From IMG/VR virus record IMGVR_UViG_3300045125_000039, positions 4,475 to 68,474 of that record: 64,000 nt of DNA; one strand, given 5' to 3'. This stretch comes from a virus. The notes under the pieces were generated by a model, which saw only the letters and a program-made list of their open reading frames with translations, had not been told where the DNA came from and made no database searches. This document shows positions 23,221 to 34,545 of the stretch, one piece after another. A program made the position numbers and the translations under genes. Within the stretch, counting starts at the first letter, position 1. The number at the start of each line of letters is the position of its first letter.

Positions 23221-23594
23221 TTAGTCCTGCACGGACATTATATCTCTTATTTTTTGTAATTCAGATTTGGTAAGAAGAGTTTTATATTCTGTGGCTCTTT
23301 TATTTGAAATATTATAGTATTTACTGATATACTCAATATCTTTGTCTTCTGTTTTCTTTAGCCACTTGGAAAACCTCTTCCGAGGACGAATCTGATGAAT
23401 TAAATATTCATATTGCATTTGTTTTGGTAGATGATAATGAATATTCATTTCATTCGCATGAAATAAGGTATCATTAAAATATGATAAACTCTTGTTTACT
23501 ATGAATGGTAGATATTCCTTGTCAGTCATATCACCAGTTTCATACAAATTTTCTTTGAAAGATTGATTGAGTTTATGATATCCCAAATGTTCAT
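23221..23594 (-). CDS. gp62: Clamp loader small subunit
   Basis: KEYLPFIVNKSLSYFNDTLFHANEMN...QYEYL...RPRKRFSKWLKK; syntenic after gp44. Confidence 0.9.
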
Positions 23595-24552
23595 TTTTCA
23601 AAATCACATTCCATTGCAAGTTGAACAATACAAGCAACCAGATTGATTTCCTGATCGGCAACAAACGCAGACTTGTATTGATAATCCGCAATAATTAAAA
23701 TTGCTGTTGGAATAGATGCGGTAGTAAGTTTCTTTGAAAGAACATCATATAGTTTACGGAAGATCATCGACTGATCATTATCAAGATTTGAGAAAACCCA
23801 AGAACGAATATTTGTAATATTCTTGGTTTTCATATGATTCATCAGATCCTCAATATCAATATCTCCTGCTTCAGCAAGGATACCAGAATCAATATCACCA
23901 CTTGTAGAATATCTCTGAAGTTCATTGATAAGTCTACGGAAATCTGGTGTATGCTTCATTACCAGTTTTGCTAGAACCTTGTTATCATATTTTACATTTT
24001 CGTTTTCAAGAATGAACTTTGTTCTATCAAAGAACTGTGATGATATTTCCTTCTTTTCCTTACCATCGTAACGGAAATCAAGACATGTACATCGTGAATG
24101 AAGTGGCTTCAATGACCTTGTTCTTGAAGTTGCAAGTTAGAATGAATCTACAGTTCTTTGCAAACTCTTCCATGAAGCCCACGAAGAGCAGGTTGCATAC
24201 TGGATGGATTTGCATAATCAAACTCATCTAGGATGACAACCTTACCATTACCGGAAAGAGAAACACTACTGGCAAAGTTTCGAATCTTCACCCGTAGTGT
24301 ATCAATGTTTCCGTCTTCTGTATGCAGTTGATCATGATATGATCCATGCCCATTTCAGCACAGAGTGCTTTGCTACCACTGGTCTTACCACAACCGGCTC
24401 CACCAGATAGTAGCATGTTGGGCATATCCTGCAATCGCCCTTAGACTATCTCCGAAAAAGAAAGACTTTAGACGATTTGGCAGAATACAATCCGCAACTT
24501 TCTGTGGTCGATACTTTTCGACCCAGATAAACATGTCATTGTTTGTTTCCAT
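23591..24552 (-). CDS. gp44: Clamp loader large subunit (AAA+), frameshifted
   Basis: WVEKYRPQKVADCIL, GGAGCGKT, VILDEFDY, QPALRGFMEEF, PLHSRC, PDFRRLINELQRYS. Confidence 0.95.
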
Positions 24553-24554
24553 TC

Positions 24555-25256
24555 TCAATCCTTATAGGTCGAATCTGCTTGCAGAGCAATCCAGTAGCAA
24601 AGATCCATATCCTTGTGACTGAACTTACTAACGATCTGCTTGCAAAGTTCAACTTCATAATCACCAGGGAACAACTTAAGATCTTCAGTCTTAAAGTACA
24701 TCTTGAATGATTCATCACCGTCGTGATCACCAACAGGGAATGAATAGAAGTTTGAACTTGGATCAGACTTATCAGTTGCAAACATTTCAATCTTACCTTC
24801 CTTACAATCATCGATGTTGTAACGAACACCAATGTCTGGAAGTTGAAGAACTGTACTGCCTCAAGTAGTTCAGCAAATGCCTTCTGAGTCAACTCAAAAG
24901 AAACTGCTACCTTTGGCATCTGTAGCCTTCTTGGTTGGAACAGTCAGCAACTTTGGTTCACAGTAACGATAAACAACAGATGAACTGTTTGAACCACTGA
25001 TTGTGACCGACTTCTCACCAAACTCAAACTCAGGATCATTGAAAGAGATTGTACCAAGGAACTTGTTGAGATCCCAGATACCAAACTCAACCTCAAAGGT
25101 TTCATCGACCTCGACCTCTGAAAGAATGTTCTTTACTGGTGAGATTGTACTGAGTCGTGTTGCCGGCTTTACAAGCAGGTTTGAGTTGACTGACGCATAG
25201 TTCTTTAGAATGTCTAATGTACGCTTGGAAATTTTCATAGTTGTAGATGTCATCAC
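24555..25256 (-). CDS. gp45: Sliding clamp, frameshifted
   Basis: MKISKRTLDILKNYASVNSNL...FGIWDLNKFLG...FKTEDLKLFPGDYEV...YWIALQADS. Confidence 0.92.
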
Positions 25257-25266
25257 AGTCTCCTAA

Positions 25267-25774
25267 TTACTTAGAATTATTTTCTAACAAAATCTACGAC
25301 CATAGGTAAGTTCAATGAATACCTTTCTTGCGATTATTGAAACTCCCTTAATTCGGACTTGTATGAACATAATTAGTAAATCCAGGCATCTTTAGAGGAC
25401 AATGTACCTTTGGATATTCCAGTTTGATAATAAGCAGTCCTCTCCATTTTCCAACTTCCTTGGTGACTAGTTGAGTCATCTCTTTATCACCACAGCCCAC
25501 AAGCACCACAGAAAATGAGAGCTGGGAATTTTCACTATTCTTTCTCTCAGAGCAAGGTGGTAGTTTACGATTTGACGGATCACCATGACAACTCAGAGTT
25601 GACGCAATTCTTAGTCAATGGTGCATCTGCTTGTTTGGCTGTCAACACCTTTTGAGGCTACTGACTCTGCAAATGTCTGCTGCTTTCTGTAAGATATTGG
25701 TTTCTCTTGTCTCTATCTTTTCATCTGTTTGTTTGTTTGTATTCTTCTTGTATTTCCTTTTCTAGTTCAGCCAT
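25267..25774 (-). CDS. Hypothetical Cys/His-containing, probably metal-binding protein (frameshifted)
   Basis: Reassembled ...LSCHGD...PPC...HFCGACGCGDKEMTQL...KLEYPKVHCPLKMPGFTNY. Confidence 0.55.
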
Positions 25775-25959
25775 ATTAATCGTCCATATCATACCATTAC
25801 ATCATGCAGTCTTCGTCCTGACACCATGTACTTTAAAGTCATCCAGATTCATCTTTTGCTACTCGTCTTCTGTTTACCACAGCATGCTTTCTATTTGACT
25901 TTCTTTGCTAAACCTCTTATCCTCAAATTTGATCATCAAATGTAGTCGTCAGACATGGC

Positions 25960-26415
25960 TCAAACAAATTCTCCTGGATAGGCATGTTTTTAGATGTTCT
26001 CAAATGCAAGATCCAACATCTGCTGAAGTATCTTCTTCAGAACATGTCTCAAGAGCAATGCAGATTCAGTCCAGTGCAATGATTCTAGACAGTAATACGA
26101 AGTTTTCTCTCTTGCTTCTTTTATGACTGTAGCGGGCGTTGCTACATTTGTTCATAGAAAGTTGGAACACGTTCTATAACTCTTTAGTTAGAGATGCATT
26201 TATAATTCATTCCAAATGGAGAATCATCTGGAACTTTATATTCTGGTTACTCTATCTAATTTTGCATAATTTGATCTAGAAAATGCATAACTTCATTAAT
26301 TCGATAAAATGCAGGAACATTATTATATTTTCTCGAAGAATCTTTGCTTTGTTCTTCTGGTGATCCAGCATCTCTTAACTTCGTACATTATTTCTGCTAA
26401 ATATATTTTAGCCAT
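25960..26415 (-). CDS. Conserved T4-like hypothetical protein (frameshifted)
   Basis: MAKY.SEIM.EVKDAGSPEEQK...PEYKVPDDSPFGMNY...LESLHWTES.LL resembles the ...P.APxG.....LEGLH..EA.LL protein of marine T4-like phages. Confidence 0.5.
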
Positions 26416-26417
26416 AT

Positions 26418-27263
26418 TTAAAAATCCTGTATTACATCCATCAAATCCCTTCAGTCTATTGTCAACGAAGTAGTCGAACAAGCTTGGATCTATCTCCACT
26501 CCGGCAGGTTCACTATGAACTCCTGCAGAATAGCGTTCTCATACTCCACAGGTATATATGCAGTGATCTACCAACATTTGATTCCTATTAATATTTGTTT
26601 GATGTTCTTGTGGGACATCACTAAAAGTCTTCCATTGGTGCGAGCTTCTTTAGCAGCAAGTGGCTTCTGTCGTTTTCCATCTACAGCAAATGTATCATCT
26701 GCTGATAGAATATTTGGAATTCCGTCAGTGGCATCACCCTTGATAATATGTTCAAAAGATAACGGTCTGGTTCTGCACAAGTTACCAGACTCTTCTTGAT
26801 CGGACTGTACTGTTTACATTTGGATAACGGAATAGTTGCTGAAAGTCTTTGTCGCTAGACACAATCATGATCTTTTCCTTATCATGATGATGCTTTACTA
26901 GTGTAGCAATAATATCATCTGCTTCACATCGCTCAACTTTAATTGACTTATATGGAAAGTTTTCAGAAACTTCATTTCTAATTGTATCAAGAATCTCAAA
27001 GATACGATCCCAGTTGTAATCGTCAACTGCTCGTGTCTTCTTTCGGTTGATCTTATAATGCGGAAAGATATCTCGTCGCCAAGTAATTACCAGCATCCTG
27101 ACATAGAACAAGTTCTCCATATTCCTTGTGGAACTATGTTGCGATACATTCTATATGTGGATAGGGTAACATGTCTTGCAAGATCAAGGGTTACATCCAT
27201 AGGTGAATCATACTGAGCAAAGATCGTACCGAGAATAATTTGTGTATTGTCGACTAGAATCAT
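26418..27263 (-). CDS. rnh: T4 RNase H / 5'-3' exonuclease, frameshifted
   Basis: MILVDNTQI, WRRDIFPHYKINRKK, EADDIIATL, IVSSDKDFQQL, KGDATDGIPNILS. Confidence 0.92.
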
Positions 27264-27281
27264 TTTGAATTAAGAATATCT

Positions 27282-28004
27282 TTAAGGTCTTCGAGGTGCT
27301 TCGATTACAACCTTGATCTTACGCTTACCAGGAAAGAGAATCCCTCCTTAAGATCCAGGATCGCCCTTATATGCTTGCTGCAGTTCCTTGATATGTGGAT
27401 CAAGAACCTTTGCAAGTTTCTTGTGGTGTACTGACTTGATACCTTCCATACGCAACCACTCTGAGTGGTCTATATTCTTTTAGATTACCATCATTTTCGT
27501 GCTAAGTCAAATAAATCATCGACTCTTTGTTCGATTACGAGACATATATTCTACAGTTTTCTTTTGAATTCTTTCTTGAACATTGACCTTTTCTTTATTT
27601 GGATCCTCTACCTTTGCTGGCTTATGAGTACCCTCATGAATAATTTGTTCAATATTCTTTTTGATCATATCAACAGTTTCCGGTCGCAACTTACCGCCCA
27701 GATTCATGATACGACATCGACTACCAATATAAATGAATTCCATAGCATTGATATCACATGCTGCTGCAGCCTTGACATCCTTCTTGGAATAACCATTCTT
27801 CATCATCCAATCAATAGTCCAAGGCTTGCACATATTATTATCGCAAGAATAACTGTACCAGTTGATTGCACGAAGAATCTTGGTATCGAGTTCTTCTGGT
27901 GTAAGTTTATCTGCATCCTTCCACACGGGTTCGCTACCCATGATCAGAGAATCAACAGAATCACCTCGACCAATACGACGAGACTTTTTCTTTTTCTTTT
28001 TCAT
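27282..28004 (-). CDS. Conserved T4-like hypothetical protein (frameshifted)
   Basis: 163-aa ORF 27516-28004 (...LRAINWYSY...KEKVNVQERIQKKT), continuing in another frame to EGIKSVHHKKLAKVLDP..KELQQAYKGDPGxKEG. Confidence 0.6.
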
Positions 28005-29724
28005 GTATCAATTCTACTAAAATTGTTTCGTTTGATGAATGTAATATGATCTTGGAACTTGTCCTGTAATAGTTCCTTCGACTTATGAGATATTACAAAG
28101 ATGTTAGTACCTTTGTCAAGTCCTTTCAAAATAGAAAGAAAAGATTCTGTAGCCACATCATCCAGACTACCATCTAATACTTCATCAAATATTAGTAAAT
28201 TACAATTAAGTGAATTCTTTAATTGTGCTACTGCGACGCCATGCAAATAATAATGACAAATCAATCTTTCGTTTTTCACCTTCACTAAAACTATCATATG
28301 TGAAGATGTCACGATGACGACTCTTGATTGTTTCTTCAAATGAATCATTCAATTCCAAATTGAACAAAGAAATCCATTTGTGCAAGATATTTGTTAATTA
28401 TTTTATTCATAATTGGAAGATAATACTTTATAATCTTGCTCTTAATTCCTGTATCTTTCATCAAGAAAGATGCAAGAGAATAGTAATGCATGTCATCATT
28501 TAGTTTCAACTTATTCTCAACAAGTTCCTTTCCAGCCTGACCCATCTCTTTGAGTTTTGTCTGCTCCTCATCAATGTTCTTTGTGTCGGACTGAATGCTA
28601 CCAATATCAGTACGCAACTTCTTTACATACTTATTAGTTGCACTTACTTGACTTTCGATATCCTGTATCATCTTCTGTTCCAGATGAATCTTATTATTGA
28701 GGGTTGCCTTCTCTGAAAGTTTTTCATTCAACTTGGTCATTTGCTTTTGTTGAAGTTGAACTGCTTTCTCCAACTCTGATTTCTTATTATTTCTTTCAGA
28801 CAGAACCTTGTCCTTATGCTCACAATCAATCTTCTGTGAACAGGATGGACAATGATCGTTTGTCGAATAGAATGATATATCCTTTTCAATCTTCTTCATT
28901 TCAGATTGGATGCTCCTACCAAGATCCGTCAACTGCTGAATCTCTGTATCAACATTGATCTGTGAAGATAGTTGAATAAGTTCATCCATCTTCTTTTGTT
29001 TCTCTTCTATCTCTTTTTGATATTCTTCTATCTGCTTGTAGGATTCTTGAATTTCCTTCTCATGACGATCTATTGTTTCTTTATTCTTACTAGCAAGGGT
29101 TTCGATATGTCGCTTCTGAGCAATAGTCTTTTCCTTCTGGAGTTCAATCTTATGCTCCAGTTCTGAAATATCAATCTTCATTTGAGCCATACGACCCTTG
29201 AGAAGAGTATTCATCATAGAGAATACATTGATGTCTAGTAGGTCTTCTACGATGCTTCTACGGTCTGCTGCGGGTAGACGCATGAAAGGAACATAGTTAG
29301 TAGAACCAAGAATAACCACCTGACAGAATGATTTGTAATTCATTTTCAGTATAGTTTCTTCCAACATCTTTTGATAGTCTTTGGACTTAAGCATCCTGAT
29401 CTACCAGTTTACCAGACTTTGTAAACTTCAAATAGTTTTGGTGCTAGTCCTCTGCGAATCTTATATTCAACACCACCAGACAAGAATTCAATCTCAACCA
29501 GACAGTCTTTCTCATTAATAGAGTTTGCTAACTGTGGAATGTTGATGTTTCTGTATGGTTTACCAAATAGAACAAAGGTTATGTAAGCATCCAACAGAGG
29601 TTGTTTTACCAGCACCATTTTCACCACTGATTAAGGTAGTTCGATTTTTATCTAATTGTATTTCCGTGAAATTGTTTCCTGTAGAAAGGAAATTTTTCCA
29701 GCGTACTTTTTTGAATGTAATCAT
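28001..29724 (-). CDS. gp46: Recombination endonuclease ATPase subunit (Rad50/SbcC-like), frameshifted
   Basis: MITFKKVRWKNFLSTGN..GENGAGKTT, SFCQVVILGS..YVPFM, zinc hook CPSC, LIFDEVLDGSLD, FVISHK. Confidence 0.95.
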
Positions 29725-29740
29725 AATGAATAATTAAAAA

Positions 29741-30029
29741 TCACCTTTTTGGAGTTCTTGGGATATTTCTCCTACGACGGAGAGAAATCTTTCTCCTTCT
29801 TGTGCACGCATTCTTTTAGTTTTTGGCTTTTCTTGCAGCCCGTCTTGCTTTTCTCTTTAGTTTATTGAGATCCGAGGATGAGCGCCTTCTGCATTGTCTC
29901 GTCCAACTTTTTTTCACCAGGTTTACACTTTAGCAACACTTTTCTTTTACCACCACGAATAACTAGAGATCGTTTTACCGATCCTTCTAGTAAATCAAGT
30001 ATGGTTGTTGTTTCAGACTGTTGCTCCAT
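29741..30029 (-). CDS. Small highly basic Arg/Lys-rich protein (frameshifted)
   Basis: MEQQSETTTILDLLEGSVKRSLVIRGGK...KCKPGEKKVG...KRKARRAARKAKTKRMRA..RRKISLRRRRNIPRTPK. Confidence 0.6.
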
Positions 30030-30612
30030 TTAGTGTATCCTTTTCACTATTTAGTAAAGAACTTTCTTTGAGTCCTTGACTATACCATAAAGGAACATTT
30101 CCCAGTTTCCACTTTGCAAATCTTGATTTTTCAAAAATATAATAATCACGATACGCTCGAATGGCGTCTAGATTCTTGTATTGATCTGGCATTGCTTGAG
30201 CAAATGGAGTTAACCCCTCAATCTTTAAATTGGTCGGTGGGTGTCTGAATAACCACTCTGCTAGTTGAGTTGATACATGAGTTTTACCATATCTCTTAGT
30301 ATATTCGCTGCAAAGAGCAAGAGTGTGCTTGCATAACCAATCATAGTTTCTGGTCGATTGTCTTGTCCAGATTGTGCAGGGATGGTTGATCATTGTAGAC
30401 TTGTAAATATAATCATCTACCTTTACATCTTCCAATTTATAATAAGTGTATCTGCGACCATTCTTGGTTTGTCTCTCAACCTTCTGACCATCTAATACAC
30501 GATGTGCTGTAGATAGTAACTGACAACTTTCAAGAATCATCTTTACGATGTGCTTGTCACACATATACTCTGCTGCTGTTACAGGGTTCTTGTCCAGTAC
30601 AAATATGTTCAT
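30013..30612 (-). CDS. Pyrimidine-dimer DNA glycosylase/endonuclease V family protein
   Basis: Intact ORF MNIFVLDKNP..AAEYMCDKHIVKMILESCQLLSTAH...NHPCTIW...FAQAMPDQYK..DAIRAYRDYY. Confidence 0.75.
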   Translation of the reverse strand: MNIFVLDKNPVTAAEYMCDKHIVKMILESCQLLSTAHRVLDGQKVERQTKNGRRYTYYKLEDVKVDDYIYKSTMINHPCTIWTRQSTRNYDWLCKHTLALCSEYTKRYGKTHVSTQLAEWLFRHPPTNLKIEGLTPFAQAMPDQYKNLDAIRAYRDYYIFEKSRFAKWKLGNVPLWYSQGLKESSLLNSEKDTLNGATV

Positions 30613-31649
30613 TGTGAAAGACTTTCCATATAGAGTTCATGGATGATACTCTTGAGTTTATTCTTGTTTTGTACTTCTTCCATAGCATCAATTTCCGAGT
30701 TGATGATTGTAAGTGTATCCTTTGTATTGTCAACAGTTTGTTCTGAACTAAGTTCAACATTGTTCTCTTCAATAATGTTTAAACTAGCAACAGCATTACC
30801 ATACAACGAATCCATGAACTTGTCAAATATATAAGGCTTAGTTTTATTTTCTACAATTAGTTTAACAAAACAGTTCTTATACTTTGCAAAGTCAGTCTTC
30901 ATCATATCTCGTTCTGCATCATTATAGCGAATAGAATAGAATATGCGATTTGGGTTTTCAATAAACTCTAGTTCACGAGTTTCTGTATCAAGAATATGGA
31001 ATCCTTTTCTTTCTTTTAGATCTGAGAAGGTAATTTGATATGGTGTACCAAGATATGAAACATTCTTTTCACTCTGTTTACAATGAAAATGACCAGAGTA
31101 AACTGTTTCAAACCGAGATAGAATAGCAGGACTCATACCATCTTCATGTTTGACACCACGGAGAACTTCAAATCCTGTTAGTTCGAAATGACCCATAATA
31201 AAAGGCGAAGGCGTAGTTTTAATAAAGTCCAAAGTCTTTTCATAATTTTCCTTATTGATCCAGGGGACTAATGCAATTGATAAACTATCCATTTGAAGAT
31301 TAATTGGATGTTCTACAATCTTAATCTTGGTATTATCAAATAATTGTGTTATAGAGTTAATCTGATTGGTATTTTTATAATAGGTATCATGATTGCCAAG
31401 AAGACACCATAGATTGAATTCACCAGAATCAAATTGAGATATAAATCTCTTTCTAACCTCTGCTAGAGTTTGAAAGTTAACAAATTTACGACGATCCATA
31501 AGATCACCAAGGTGTATTACATTTGTAATTCCATGTTCACGAAGATATGGAAAAAATTGATTCTCAAAGAACTCTAAAAAGTAATTTAAGAACAGTGGCG
31601 AATCATTTCTAACTCCAAAGTGTGTATCACAAATGATTGCGATTTTCAT
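30609..31649 (-). CDS. gp47: Recombination endonuclease nuclease subunit (Mre11/SbcD-like)
   Basis: Intact ORF with metallophosphoesterase motifs DTHFG, HLGDLMDRRK, GNHD, GHFEL, SGHFH. Confidence 0.97.
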   Translation of the reverse strand: MKIAIICDTHFGVRNDSPLFLNYFLEFFENQFFPYLREHGITNVIHLGDLMDRRKFVNFQTLAEVRKRFISQFDSGEFNLWCLLGNHDTYYKNTNQINSITQLFDNTKIKIVEHPINLQMDSLSIALVPWINKENYEKTLDFIKTTPSPFIMGHFELTGFEVLRGVKHEDGMSPAILSRFETVYSGHFHCKQSEKNVSYLGTPYQITFSDLKERKGFHILDTETRELEFIENPNRIFYSIRYNDAERDMMKTDFAKYKNCFVKLIVENKTKPYIFDKFMDSLYGNAVASLNIIEENNVELSSEQTVDNTKDTLTIINSEIDAMEEVQNKNKLKSIIHELYMESLSQ

Positions 31650-32281
31650 TTAGTCCTCCATGAAGGATTCTAGTGTCTTTTCTTTTCTTTCGTTTCTTAC
31701 GCTTCTTTTCTGGTCTTTTCTTGTTCTCATCTTTTGATAATTTTCTTGTTCTTCTTCACTTATACCAACAGCCTTCAAGATACTCGTGTAAAGTCCCCTT
31801 CATGTGTCCATGGTGTTCTAAGAACTTATATTTGATATAGTTTTGTTTCTTTTCTTTTTGTATTCGACGTAGAAACGCATAATATATTATTTGTGTAAAG
31901 TAAGAGAAATGGATTGTTTGATTTGTCTGGATCAAAGTTTTCACAATACATTAAACAGTTTTCTATGCCATCACCAATCATTTCATCTTTGAACGCATAG
32001 TTCATGAAGTTTGGTTTCTTTGAAAGATTCTCTGCTATTTCTAGGAAACATCTACCAATATATTCGCTCACTGGTGGTATCGAATCTCCAGATTCTCTTG
32101 CTTCTTTTACAGATTCTTTCCACTTTACCATCTCTGCATAGAATTTTTTATTATCAATATAGTGTCCGTTTTTCTTTTTAGTTGGTGTTTCTACTATATC
32201 CAAATTCGCTTCAGTTTTGATTTGTTTGGATTTTTTCTTCTTCACCACTTTTTTCTTTTTCTTTTTCACTTTTAACTCCAT
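31650..32281 (-). CDS. gp55: Late sigma factor, frameshifted
   Basis: HYIDNKKFY, EYIGRCFLEIAENLSKKPNFMNY.FKDEMIGDGIENCL.Y..NFDPDKSNNPFSYFTQIIYYAFLRRIQKEKKQ. Confidence 0.95.
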
Positions 32282-32293
32282 TCTGTTGCTGGA

Positions 32294-32321
32294 AGTATAC
32301 ACTCTCTAAAAATATTTTCAA
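32294..32321 (-). promoter_or_regulatory. Sigma70-type promoter for gp55
   Basis: TTGAAA-N16-TATACT on the minus strand, 12 nt upstream of the ATG at 32281. Confidence 0.6.
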
Positions 32322-32331
32322 GGAAAATCTA

Positions 32332-32359
32332 TTGACATTTGCTTTTCGCTCGTTACACT
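32332..32359 (+). promoter_or_regulatory. Sigma70-type promoter on the + strand (antisense to the upstream genes)
   Basis: TTGACA (32332-32337)-N16-TACACT (32354-32359), back to back with the gp55 promoter. Confidence 0.55.
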
Positions 32360-32377
32360 TAGTGTGTCACGGTTCAC

Positions 32378-33037
32378 CTAATGATCTATTCTAGATATAG
32401 TCTTTAGGATCAGGACTCCAATCATTGAAGTCGTTACCGAACTCTTTGGGGTCTTTTTATTTTTCTTTTGTGGTGGTTGTTTAGAAGACTTGATTTGGCT
32501 TCTTTTATTTTTCTTTTTTTGGGGTTTTACCTCCGGAAAAAGATCTTCATCGCCCAACTCATCATCCATATCCCACTCCTTTGCATCTGCCATCATTTCA
32601 ATGATTTCTTCTGCCATTTCTTGAGGTACATTGAAAGTTACATTTATGTTATCAGGTGGAACATTAGGATTTATTTTTTGTTGTTCAGTCATCAATTCCG
32701 TTATATCCTTTAATGGTAGTTCTGGTTGGTCTATGGGTTTTGGAGTGTCTTCCTTTTCCTTTTCCATTTCATAACACATTATTATTTTTGTATCTGGTTT
32801 TGTTATAGCAATTATACCATCTGTTGGTATTTCAATAATTCTATCAAGAGAATAATCTATCCATGTCTTAAACACAAGCATATCTGTGTTGTTCATTGTA
32901 TTTTGATCGACCAATATTACATTTTTATATTGCATAGGTCTTTCTAGAATTAGTGTTTTCTTTCTAATTTCTAAAATCCTAGTTATGAGTGAATCACCGT
33001 TTTTTAATTTAATGATTCTGTATCCGTTATCTTGCAT
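32378..33037 (-). CDS. Conserved T4-like hypothetical protein between uvsW and gp55
   Basis: Intact 219-aa ORF (YRIIKLKNGDSLI...FKTWIDYS...IIAI); conserved position. Confidence 0.75.
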   Translation of the reverse strand: MQDNGYRIIKLKNGDSLITRILEIRKKTLILERPMQYKNVILVDQNTMNNTDMLVFKTWIDYSLDRIIEIPTDGIIAITKPDTKIIMCYEMEKEKEDTPKPIDQPELPLKDITELMTEQQKINPNVPPDNINVTFNVPQEMAEEIIEMMADAKEWDMDDELGDEDLFPEVKPQKKKNKRSQIKSSKQPPQKKNKKTPKSSVTTSMIGVLILKTISRIDH

Positions 33038-34530
33038 GTGCTCTCCAATTTAATGTTTAACTTCTTGTGTGAGAACTTCTCGGATTCATAAATTTTAAGT
33101 CGCTCATTGTAATGACGAAGAGTATGATTTTGATAAGACTTCCAGTGAAGGTCATCTGCTATATCGAATAGTCTAGCCTTATCTTTGTGTTCAGACTTTC
33201 TAAGTTGTCTACCAATACTTTGTAAGACCCGTATTCTACTCTTTGATGGAGAGGAGAATACAATATTATGTAGTCTTCTTATTGAAATGCCCGTAGAGAA
33301 GGTGCCGTATGAAGCAATGATGATTGCGTTGTCTTGTTTTTCACATAACTTACGAACTTGCTCACGCATCTCAACATCAGTGCCACCATAGACAAAGAAA
33401 ACTTTCTTGTCCTTAGTATTTAGTTTTTCTATGAGTTGGTGAAGAATCATGCCATGCTTTTCAACAAACTGAAATAATACTAGTGTATTGCCTTTTAGAT
33501 TCAGAGCAAGATTTGAAATAAATTCATTCCGTGCTTGATTTGAAATTAACCAATCAATTTCTTCTTTGTAAGTTAATTTTTTAATCCCTCTTCTTACTTC
33601 TTCTGAATATTGAAGAACTAAACAGTCAATTGAGAGTTCAGAAAGAATATCTTTATCCATCAATTCTTTTGTTGATGTAACTTTCTTGACTCTACCAAAC
33701 AAACCTTCGATAACAAGTTTATGTGTCATGCTTCCATCAAGTGTACCTGTGGTTCCAATACGCCAGTCACATGTTGTAAGTTTTGACATAATAGCAGTCA
33801 ACGATTTTGATTTAAACAAATGACATTCATCACCTATGACTGCTTCAAACTGATCAAAGTATTTCTTTGGCATCTTATAGATGCTTTGCCCAAGTTGAAA
33901 TAATAATTTTTTTATCTGAATCTTTATCCTGACCCCCGTGAATCTTATGACAATGATCTCTGGTCTTCCAACCTGTCTTGGATGCATATTCAAAAAAGTC
34001 TGAATACATCTGGGTGACTAGGGATATGGTTGGGACTATTATTAGTATTTTTTTATCTTCTGGTAGAAGATTTAACAAATAACGGCAGAGGACATATATG
34101 ATTAGACTCTTACCCGACCCTGTGGGGGACAATAGGAGGCTCCTACGCTCGTTTAAAGCGTGTAGGATCGCTTCTAACTGGTGCTGGTGGGGTTCTAGAC
34201 GCTTTCCTGCTGCGTGGGGGTTCAGAGTCTTAATATACTCTATAACCTGTTCAAGAGTGATTCTATCTTTATTTTTGTAATTCGGTTCTCAACCGAATAT
34301 GACCTATCCTTGGCAAACTGGATAACATAGTCTTCAAGTCCTGCGTAGATAGTTTGTCCGTAGATGTTATACAACTTGATCTGTCCGTCCCACAGTTTGT
34401 TTCTGTAGGCGGGCATGAACTTATGTCCGGGGACTTTGAAGGTAAAGTAGTCAGATAACTCCTTTGCAAAACTTCTATCACAGTCCACCTTTATATAAAC
34501 AGAGTCTAAGGGTTCAATCACTAAATCCAT
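33004..34530 (-). CDS. uvsW: UvsW SF2 helicase, frameshifted
   Basis: FKVPGHKFMPAYRNKLWDGQIKL, SPTGSGKSLI, DECHLFK, GTTGTLDG, ASYGTFSTGISIRRLHN, SRIRVLQSIGRQLR. Confidence 0.96.
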
Positions 34531-34537
34531 ATACCAT

Positions 34538-34545
34538 TATTTATA
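34538..34545 (-). promoter_or_regulatory. T4-type late promoter TATAAATA upstream of uvsW
   Basis: + strand tatttata 34538-34545, 8 nt above the uvsW ATG. Confidence 0.6.

Noticed and set aside
27465-28049. 194-aa plus-strand ORF and the many other 60-135-aa plus-strand ORFs
   Set aside because: They lie antisense to recognisable minus-strand genes and have no family motifs or RBS; treated as shadow ORFs.
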